From an uncultured archaeon (GTDB lineage: Archaea > Iainarchaeota > Iainarchaeia > Iainarchaeales > Iainarchaeaceae), in NCBI GenBank assembly GCA_964577555.1, contig CAZNZM010000001.1:55178-87177 (forward strand): a DNA stretch of 32,000 nucleotides. The letters are read 5' to 3'. The notes under the pieces are model-generated. The model did no database searches. It saw only the letters and a list, made by a program, of their open reading frames with translations, and had not been told where the DNA came from. Below are positions 25,379-32,000 of the stretch, piece by piece (the first letter of the stretch is position 1; each line of letters starts with the position of its first letter). The position numbers were made by a program, and so were the translations under genes.

Positions 25379-25522
25379 ATGCACGAAGATAAATCAAAAG
25401 AAAACGTCTTACATGATGCAGTTGAACTGGCTAAAAGCTTTGAAAATGGCGGAGAGAGGCTAAATGATGAAGAAATAGGCCTATCAAAACCCTCGATTAA
25501 ATTTAATACTCGGAGCTTATAA
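25379..25522 (+). CDS. tentative 47-aa ORF (MHEDKSKENVLHDAVELAKSFENGGERLNDEEIGLSKPSIKFNTRSL), or a small ncRNA occupying the same unit
   Basis: Below the 60-aa cut-off of the ORF track; I translated it by hand. It is bracketed by the promoter candidate at 25304-25328 and the palindromic terminator at 25580-25599. Composition is visibly less AT-rich than the flanks. Confidence 0.3.
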   Translation: MHEDKSKENVLHDAVELAKSFENGGERLNDEEIGLSKPSIKFNTRSL

Positions 25523-25579
25523 AGCATTGGTGGCTGGTTCACCCTTCCAAAAAGCCTCTTTCCGCAAATACTAATTCTT

Positions 25580-25599
25580 GCAAAAAAAACTTTTTTTGC
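25580..25599. terminator. palindromic GC-A8-C-T7-GC element, bidirectional oligo-T terminator candidate
   Basis: GCAAAAAAAACTTTTTTTGC read directly. Same architecture as 6219-6238. Confidence 0.5.
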
Positions 25600-25681
25600 C
25601 AAAATTTCAATCAATTAATCCAGGATTACAACCAACGCCAATTTCTTGTTTTTTAAATGAAATTGCAGATAATATTAAGAT

Positions 25682-26185
25682 ATGCTAATAGGTTTAACAG
25701 GCACTCCGGGAGTTGGAAAAAGCTCTATTGCAAAAGAACTTGGCGAATTCTTTGGCTGTAAAGTTATTAACGAAAAAGAATTCAGCGTTGCCGAAGGCAT
25801 AGTAGAATTTGACAAAGAAACTAACGAATTCATAGTGCCTTTGGATAAACTTGAGAAAAGGCTAAGAAAATTTATTAAAAATGAAAAAAATTTGATTGTT
25901 GAAGGCCACTTGATTTGTGAAACAAAGCTTCCTTTGGATTTTATGGTGGTAATCCAATGCAACCCAGAAATATTAGAATTGAGATTGCAGGCAAGAGGAT
26001 ACTCTGAAGAAAAGATTCAAGACAATGTTTTTTGCGAAGGGATTGATTATTGCAAAAAGCACGCTAAAAGGCTATACTCGGCAGAAAAACTTATTTTTTG
26101 CCAAAATAGAAAATCTATTAAAGAAACTGCCTTATCAATAATACTTGAAATAGAAAAAAGAATGAGGCAAAAAAATAGGGAGTGA
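25682..26185 (+). CDS. Fap7/AK6-type adenylate kinase-like NTPase (ribosome maturation factor family)
   Basis: 167 aa. N-terminal P-loop LTGTPGVGKS, IVEGHL, and CNPEILELRLQARGYSEEKIQDN, typical of the archaeal AK6/Fap7 family. TATA-like TTTTTTAAATG lies about 25 bp upstream, so the mRNA is probably leaderless. Confidence 0.85.
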   Translation: MLIGLTGTPGVGKSSIAKELGEFFGCKVINEKEFSVAEGIVEFDKETNEFIVPLDKLEKRLRKFIKNEKNLIVEGHLICETKLPLDFMVVIQCNPEILELRLQARGYSEEKIQDNVFCEGIDYCKKHAKRLYSAEKLIFCQNRKSIKETALSIILEIEKRMRQKNRE

Positions 26186-26189
26186 CAAC

Positions 26190-27419
26190 TTGAAAAAAGC
26201 GTTTTTAACTACTTTGATAATTACTGTTCTTTTATTAGGCAACACAAACGCAAAAGTAATTGAAGAGTTCGATTTCAAGAGCAGGGGGCACAAGGATTTT
26301 TACATAAACGATTTTAACAAAGAAGGTTGCGTCAACTTTGATTTTTCTTATACTTCAGACTTGAATGGTTATGTATTTCCAATATTCACTTTGAAAGCAG
26401 ATTTTCCAAAAGATCCGAAAAACATGGCAAAAATAATGGTTTTATTTAATGGCGTTGAAGTGAAAGAATTAAAGCATGATGATTTCATGGTTGGCGTGGC
26501 TCACATATGGCTTCCAAAAAACAATTTTACAAAAAATAATTCAATTAAAGTATGTGGAAAGACTTCCAAAACACAAAATAAAATAGGAATATTGGCTGAT
26601 TCTTATTTTGGGGTCTATGAAACGTTTTATTTTCCTGATTCTGACGGCTTGACCCTTGAACTTGAAACTTATAATCCTTATGTTGGAAGGGTATTCAAAA
26701 TAGATTCAATAGCAAGAAATTATGGCAGCCAGGATGTTGAAGTGGAGCTTTTTTACAGACAAAAAGACCTTGAAGAGAAAGGCGCACAATTAAGCATACT
26801 CAAAGGCGAGACTTCAAAAAGAGGGGTTGTGCCAAAATGTGTTGCAAGAAATGAGAATTCCGAATGTGAAAAACCCGGAGTACTGAGAATAACATATTAT
26901 GCAGTGCCACAACAAGCTATTGAAATGAGCGTCTTGCCTTCGGTAATGGCTTTCAAAAACGAATTTGGTGAAAGGCAAACCATTTTTTCAAACACGCCAA
27001 TGATAAAATCAATTGAATACCCTGAAAAAATCACTCCACAAATATTTACAAAAAGCGACAAGGTTTTTGCATTGGAACCGGTAAAACTCTTGATAAAACT
27101 AAAAAATAATTCAGAAGAAGCGATACAAAACATAAGTTTGGAGTTAAAAGGCGACCTTGAAGGGCAATCCGGACCTGTAAAAATACAGACAATACAACCT
27201 AACGAAATAAAAGACGTTGAAATAGTTGCAAAACCGGTTGATGCTGGAAATTATATGATAAATTGCGTTGTCAAATACAACGATGAAAATTCAGAATGCA
27301 AAACCTTAATCATAAGAATTGAAAAAAAAGACTTTGCGATTAATGAAATCTTGCCTTTATTACTTGCATTAGTGGCTATTATTGCATTCTTGTATTTCTA
27401 TACAAAAAAAACTGATTAA
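26190..27419 (+). CDS. hypothetical surface protein: signal peptide, CARDB-like module, C-terminal TM anchor
   Basis: 409 aa. TTG start 5 nt after GGGAGTGA, an SD embedded in the end of the upstream gene. Signal LTTLIITVLLLGNTNA. Ig-like string LIKLKNNSEEAIQNISLELKG...NYMINCVVKY. C-terminal helix ILPLLLALVAIIAFLYFY. Confidence 0.75.
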   Translation: MKKAFLTTLIITVLLLGNTNAKVIEEFDFKSRGHKDFYINDFNKEGCVNFDFSYTSDLNGYVFPIFTLKADFPKDPKNMAKIMVLFNGVEVKELKHDDFMVGVAHIWLPKNNFTKNNSIKVCGKTSKTQNKIGILADSYFGVYETFYFPDSDGLTLELETYNPYVGRVFKIDSIARNYGSQDVEVELFYRQKDLEEKGAQLSILKGETSKRGVVPKCVARNENSECEKPGVLRITYYAVPQQAIEMSVLPSVMAFKNEFGERQTIFSNTPMIKSIEYPEKITPQIFTKSDKVFALEPVKLLIKLKNNSEEAIQNISLELKGDLEGQSGPVKIQTIQPNEIKDVEIVAKPVDAGNYMINCVVKYNDENSECKTLIIRIEKKDFAINEILPLLLALVAIIAFLYFYTKKTD

Positions 27420-27429
27420 CTAAAAAATG

Positions 27430-27436
27430 TTTTTTT
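27430..27436 (+). terminator. oligo-T (T7) terminator candidate for the 409-aa gene
   Basis: A T7 run 11 nt after the stop codon, with a second T6 run at 27466-27471. Confidence 0.45.
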
Positions 27437-27804
27437 GTCATTGGCAATGCCAAAATCGCGATTTTTTCTTTAAATGACAAAGCCGACAAGCCGATTTTAT
27501 TTTATAATATGAATCAAAGCCATATATTTTCCAATTAAAATTTGAAGTTTTAGTTGCCATGCCATGTATCAAATCACGCCATGCCGCTAAAGCATCGGTT
27601 TTTCCTGCAAAGTGAATAGCGTCTTAGCCATGTTTTTTCGGTTTAATCCATTTGCAAAACATTGATTTACGACAAAAAATTACACAACAGCACAAAAACA
27701 AAACTCGCTACAATGAATGTTTTAAAATTAAAAAAAACAAGTGTTTATCGCTGCCAGCCAAACGTTAAATCAAAACATTATAGCAAGCTAAATAAAGTAA
27801 AAAA

Positions 27805-30800
27805 TTAAATGTTTTGGCTTGCCTTGTCTTCATGAACCGAATCGCCGAATTTTCTTATTTTTGAAGTCTCTTTAGGTTTATCCTCGTTTGGTTTGCGAAA
27901 AGCCAAATAAATTGCACTGGCCAAAATTGTTATTACGAAAATGTAAATTGCAGGGTTAAGGTTTTCAGGTTGTTTTGGAATAGTAGCCATGCCGGAAGCT
28001 TGATTCGATTTAACAATGGATTTAATGTATGACTTGTTTTCCAAAGCTGTTTTTGCTTCAGCCAATTGCTTATTTGCTTCAGGATTGTACTCGTACTCTG
28101 AGATTTTCATTTCTGCAGCATTGAAGGCAGCCAAGGAATTTTCTTTTAATTTCTCAAGGCTTGATTCTGCTTCAATTGCCAACGACAAAAGATTTTTTGA
28201 TAATTGACAAATATTCTCTTTTTCAGCAATTGAAACTGCCTCTGCGATTTTTCCGTTTGAAATCAAGGAATTTGCTTCTTCAATGACTTTTTTGCTTGAC
28301 GAATCAAGCGGTTCTAAAAATATTTTTAGCCTTTGACTTCCAAGAGGTAACAAGTGATAAATAAGTGAAATTTCTTCTGAATTAACGTCAGAAAAATTAT
28401 TTTCAAATTCTGTTGAAGCCTTTTTTATTCTTTGAAGGTAAGTTGAAATTTCTGAAAGGCATTTGGAAATTTCTTTTGATTTATTAGAAAGTTCCTCAAA
28501 AGAGGCTTTTTTGGAAATTGTTGTTTCAACCAATTTTCTTAAAGAAGACAAATTATTCTCTGCTTCCATAGTATTTCCTGAATCAATCAAGGAATCTATT
28601 TTTTTGGAAAGCGTATTTGTTTGAGAATCATCAAAATTCAAATCAGCTAGTTTTGAAAGCAAAGCGCGTTTTTCCGAAAGAATTGAAACAACCGCAGAAA
28701 TATTTTTGTCTTGTTTGCCTCTGTTCAAGTCGCTTTCTGAATCAAAAACAAGAGTCAACCCGTTGATTCCTGTATCAAGCCATGAAAACAAAATACTTGT
28801 TTTTTTGCCTGTTGAAAAAAAATTGGTATTTCCTGTTGATGCAGACATCACGGCTTTTGACGAGTCTATTTGAAGTTCAACGCTAAAAGGGGTTTTTATA
28901 GGTTTTGCCTTGTTGTCAAAGTACAATTTGCATTCTCTATAATTAGTATCTTCATTGCACATTCCTGACAATTCTGCCTGAACAAATTCAGAGGCAACGG
29001 ATTTTAACATACTTTCGCATTTGCCTGCAATCTCATTTGAAGCATTTGATAATTCTTTGAGTCTTGCCAAAGAGTCTATGCTTTCGACGTCAAGCCTTCC
29101 TGAAAACACATATTTTCCAAATTCTCTCATTTTTTGTGAACAAAAATTAGGATTTTCCGCGAAGTTGGTTTTGAAATTAATTTCTGGATAGTTCAACAAA
29201 ACCGATTCTATTTGGCTCGAAAAATCAGCAATCCTTGAATAATTTTTCAAAAAATTTTCTCCTTCCTGTGATTCCGAAGCTTCTTTTGCAATATTTGAAA
29301 GAATGTTTTTGCACGATTCGAGAGAAAGTGAATGATTTGCAAAATTCGGAAATTCCCTTTTTATAGTTTCCAAATTTTCAAGATATTCTGGGTTTTTTGA
29401 AATTTCAAGCCATTTTTCCGAAACCGAAACGCAATCGTAAATCTCCTTGGAAATAGTGTTTTCAGGATGTTTTTCGGAAAACATTGAAACCAGGTTGTTG
29501 TAAAGGGAATAAATTTCGCTGCACTTGACAAGAGAAGATTTCTCCTTGTATAAAGAAATTTTTGCATGCAAAAGGGCTTTTAATGAAATCAAAGAAGAGT
29601 TCTGTGTTTCAAATTCCTTGCTTGAAAATTTTTTATAAATGAAATTTACATTTTCGTTGCACACCGTCAAAGCAGAATTGGCAATGTTTTTTATTTCAAG
29701 CAAATGCAAATTAATTTGAGCAATATCATAGTTAAGGTCTTTGAGTTTTCTTGTTTTTTGCCCCAAAGCCAATTTTCCGTTAATTGAAGACTCTTTAATG
29801 GATTCAAGTTTGGTTTTTGCGAAAGACAATTTTCCAAAAATTTCTTCAAAGCCTGAAAAGTCCTTTCCAAGAGAAATTATTTCTATTACTCCTTGATCCT
29901 TTCCAGGAATTCCAGGCATTTTACTAAGAATTTTTATTGTTTCAAACGCCTGATGTGTATCAGCCTCTATTTTTCTAATATTTTCATTTATTTCCAATTC
30001 AAGTTTTTCGTTTTTTTCATTTAGTTCTTTAATGTGTTGGGCTTCGGAAATAAACAATGAAAAAAACTCGGATGCAGCTGAATTTTTAGCGCCTATTATT
30101 TTTCCGGTTGCAGAAAACAATTCAAATGCAGGAGTTTTTTTTAGTTCTGATACCGATCCTTTTAGATTGAAAAAATCGGATAAAAAACCTGATATTCCTG
30201 CAAACAATGGAGAAAGCAATTTAATAGTGAAGTTTTCGTGTTTGATGCTTGAAGTTATTTCAAGCGATTTTCCTAATTGCCTTAAAATCGAATTATCCGA
30301 AACCAATTCGGTTGAGTTTAGGGCTTCTGCCACTTTCATGAATTTTGAATATTCATGAAGAAAACGAGATGCATAAGAAGAACCATATTCGTTTTTCTGG
30401 GAAAAATCAACAATGTTTTGATTCAGCAGGACGAAATCTTCATAAAGCGGCTCTTCAGCAATCAAATCGATTTCCTCTGCATGAAGCCTTTTGTTTTCAA
30501 ATCCAATTGCCGATGCGGCCGCAATATTAAATTTGTCTATTGAACTTGAAACCGACAGCATATTGGAATTCAGTTCGTTGACTTCTTGGCTGATTTTTGA
30601 AAAATCGTTTTTTTCGCAACTTTGCCTTATTGAAGATAAATTTTTTCTTGCGGCATGAATCGAGAACCATGCTTTTGCAAGGTGGTTTTTGGCGCTTAAA
30701 ATTTCGCTTGCAGATGATTTGTCAAGCATTTCCGTTTTTATGTTTGAAAATTCGTCTATTTTTGCGAAGCATTTTGCATGGGAATTGCAGTCAGGTATGT

Positions 30801-30912
30801 TGGCAAACGAATCTTTTGCAAGTTCAAGGCATGCTAGCCTGTCGCTTTCAGTAAAATCAGCGCATCCTGAAAACAAAATTACAAGCAAAAGCACTGCAAA
30901 AGTAAAACGCAT
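27805..30912 (-). CDS. large (1035 aa) all-helical surface protein with a lipobox-like N-terminus and a C-terminal TM anchor
   Basis: N-terminus MRFTFAVLLLVILFSGCADF (signal plus FSGC lipobox-like cysteine). The body is long and non-repetitive, of helix-forming composition. C-terminal helix AIYIFVITILASAIYLAF is followed by a basic/acidic tail. The membrane-proximal segment QLAEAKTALENKSYIKSIVKSNQA resembles the stalk of the giant protein (ELAKLALDRGDFQNALDVLKEA). Confidence 0.8.
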   Translation of the reverse strand: MRFTFAVLLLVILFSGCADFTESDRLACLELAKDSFANIPDCNSHAKCFAKIDEFSNIKTEMLDKSSASEILSAKNHLAKAWFSIHAARKNLSSIRQSCEKNDFSKISQEVNELNSNMLSVSSSIDKFNIAAASAIGFENKRLHAEEIDLIAEEPLYEDFVLLNQNIVDFSQKNEYGSSYASRFLHEYSKFMKVAEALNSTELVSDNSILRQLGKSLEITSSIKHENFTIKLLSPLFAGISGFLSDFFNLKGSVSELKKTPAFELFSATGKIIGAKNSAASEFFSLFISEAQHIKELNEKNEKLELEINENIRKIEADTHQAFETIKILSKMPGIPGKDQGVIEIISLGKDFSGFEEIFGKLSFAKTKLESIKESSINGKLALGQKTRKLKDLNYDIAQINLHLLEIKNIANSALTVCNENVNFIYKKFSSKEFETQNSSLISLKALLHAKISLYKEKSSLVKCSEIYSLYNNLVSMFSEKHPENTISKEIYDCVSVSEKWLEISKNPEYLENLETIKREFPNFANHSLSLESCKNILSNIAKEASESQEGENFLKNYSRIADFSSQIESVLLNYPEINFKTNFAENPNFCSQKMREFGKYVFSGRLDVESIDSLARLKELSNASNEIAGKCESMLKSVASEFVQAELSGMCNEDTNYRECKLYFDNKAKPIKTPFSVELQIDSSKAVMSASTGNTNFFSTGKKTSILFSWLDTGINGLTLVFDSESDLNRGKQDKNISAVVSILSEKRALLSKLADLNFDDSQTNTLSKKIDSLIDSGNTMEAENNLSSLRKLVETTISKKASFEELSNKSKEISKCLSEISTYLQRIKKASTEFENNFSDVNSEEISLIYHLLPLGSQRLKIFLEPLDSSSKKVIEEANSLISNGKIAEAVSIAEKENICQLSKNLLSLAIEAESSLEKLKENSLAAFNAAEMKISEYEYNPEANKQLAEAKTALENKSYIKSIVKSNQASGMATIPKQPENLNPAIYIFVITILASAIYLAFRKPNEDKPKETSKIRKFGDSVHEDKASQNI

Positions 30913-31113
30913 AATAAATGGCTTTTGTGCCTGCCTAATAAATTGTTAGGTAATTAAAGTATAAACTTAGTGAATAAAAAAAAGTAATTTAATTTTAGTA
31001 AAGTTATGCAAAGCGTAAAAAAATAAAAAGCAAAAATTTTAATGAGAATTGGCTTTTTGAAAAATGATGGAAAACAGCAGGTTTAATTATTTTGTTAAAA
31101 CAAGTATTTAGGC

Positions 31114-31734
31114 ATGGGATTGTTAAAGTGGATAAGGGAAGTGCTTGAAAAAAAGCGGCTTGCAAGGCTAAGGCTTGAAAGGGAAAAGATAATAAAAAAA
31201 GCTTTGGAATTGGAAAGGGATTTTCTTTCCAAAAAATTGTTGAAAAGCGAATACAAAACAATGCATGCTGATTTAAAGGCAAGATTGACTGTTCTGGACC
31301 TTGAAATAGGCATAGCAGACATTTCGGACAATATTGAAAAAATGCTCAACAATTTGGATGGTCTTGATGCAAAAAACTTTGAAAAAACCAGGGTTTTCCT
31401 GAAATCGGTTGAAGAAGTGGAAAACAAAGCTTCAAATGCAAAAAATGATTATGATAAAGGAAGAATTGGTTTGCAAGAGTTTTTGGAAAATTTAAAGGCG
31501 GCTTACTATGAAATGATTGATGCGGAACATGAACTCAGAAATATTTTCAAACAACAGGAAATGAAAAACATAAAAGAAATAGTGGAAGAGGCAAGCCAAT
31601 ATTCAACAAAAGTAAAAAAAGAAAAATCTGAACAAGATAAAAAAATTATTTCTGATGTTTTGCTTGAAGCAAACAGCAAACATAAAAACAAACCATATAA
31701 AAGAAAACCTAACTTAGGAAAAAAATCTGGTTAA
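31114..31734 (+). CDS. soluble coiled-coil protein (206 aa) carrying a weaker copy of the tail module
   Basis: ATG start and no hydrophobic helix. The N-terminal LEREKIIKKALELERDFLSKKLLKSEYKTMHADLKARL resembles the cytoplasmic tail modules at 15408-15740 and 16552-16690. Basic C-terminus. Confidence 0.65.
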   Translation: MGLLKWIREVLEKKRLARLRLEREKIIKKALELERDFLSKKLLKSEYKTMHADLKARLTVLDLEIGIADISDNIEKMLNNLDGLDAKNFEKTRVFLKSVEEVENKASNAKNDYDKGRIGLQEFLENLKAAYYEMIDAEHELRNIFKQQEMKNIKEIVEEASQYSTKVKKEKSEQDKKIISDVLLEANSKHKNKPYKRKPNLGKKSG

Positions 31735-32000
31735 TAAAAAGAAAAAAATAAAATAATCGTCAAAAAAAACTCGACAAAAAAATAAAAAAAATGCCTCAAA
31801 AAAAACTAATTAAATTAAAATGACAAAAAAATGGCTCACCAAAAAAAATTAAAAAAAAGTTCAAAAAAAAATCATGAAAAAAAATGACAAAAAAAACAGC
31901 TCACAAAAAAACAACGACAAAAAAAATGGCTCACAAAAAATAATTTCAAACAAAAAAAACACAAAAAAAACAAAAATCAAAAAAAACAATTCAAAAAAAA
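31735..32000 (+). repeat. A-rich mosaic intergenic tract, locus 4 (runs off the window end)
   Basis: Begins right after stop 31732-31734. GGCTCAC-type islands at 31833, 31898 and 31928. Contains ATGACAAAAAAAACAGCTCAC (matching 21511-21530), CAACGACAAAAAAAATGGCTCAC (matching 21591-21613) and AATAATTTCAAACAAAAAAAAC (matching 21709-21729). Confidence 0.85.
31820..31884 (+). repeat. about 65-bp module, copy B (ATGACAAAAAAATGGCTCACCAAAAAAAATTAAAAAAAAGTTCAAAAAAAAATCATGAAAAAAAA)
   Basis: Near-identical to 21593-21659 in the same orientation, 10.2 kb away. Confidence 0.9.

Noticed and set aside
25360-25385. tRNA-like T-loop string GGTTCAAAA, and the possibility of a split or permuted tRNA
   Set aside because: The flanking bases cannot form a T-stem, and no acceptor, D or anticodon arm could be assembled by eye in 25340-25600.
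25464-25470. C-box-like AUGAUGA suggesting a C/D-box sRNA
   Set aside because: There is no CUGA D box at an appropriate distance downstream and no terminal stem. The heptamer also lies inside the tentative 47-aa ORF.
25306-25614. 102-aa minus-strand ORF across the orphan unit
   Set aside because: Its composition is implausible and its N-terminus is encoded by the palindromic terminator element. It has no SD or promoter, and its orientation opposes the TATA-to-oligo-T logic of the locus.

Overview
AT-rich archaeal chromosomal window. All calls come from motif recognition in the supplied translations and from reading the DNA; no searches were run. The housekeeping set is PolD large subunit, Orc1/Cdc6, SepF, Hel308, NAC, FKBP, proteasome beta, aCPSF1 and a Fap7-type kinase. 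That set, the very short spacers, GGTG-type Shine-Dalgarno boxes and frequent TTG/GTG starts fit a small-genome, DPANN-like archaeon, but taxonomy cannot be verified here. I support 19 CDS plus 1 tentative small ORF. I found no tRNA, rRNA, CRISPR array, transposase or integrase. Two things stand out. (1) A tightly coupled three-gene unit at 8520-17699: a 2439-aa beta-helix surface protein with one TM helix and a cytoplasmic tail, a 308-aa paralog of only its stalk-TM-tail part, and a single-domain KaiC/RecA-like ATPase whose start overlaps the preceding stop. A short SHOCT-like cytoplasmic module recurs in these tails and in a third protein at 31114. Together with further orphan surface proteins at 26190-30912, this looks like an undescribed surface or attachment apparatus controlled from the cytoplasm. 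(2) A family of strand-asymmetric, almost T-free A/C-rich mosaic tracts at 3210-3527, 21361-22245, 24927-25260 and 31735 to the window end. They are built from shuffled short modules (GGCTCRC + A-run, ATGACAAAAAAA, AAATTGTCTAAAAAAA) and include a ~65-bp module shared between loci 10 kb apart. All four have A on the + strand and start directly after a + strand stop codon. Most six-frame ORFs inside them are low-complexity artefacts. Lesser observations are a weak origin candidate next to orc1/cdc6, a sepF operon with a tail-anchored membrane protein, an orphan promoter-to-terminator unit at 25304-25599, and an ORF-free 385-bp spacer with clustered GCCATG motifs.
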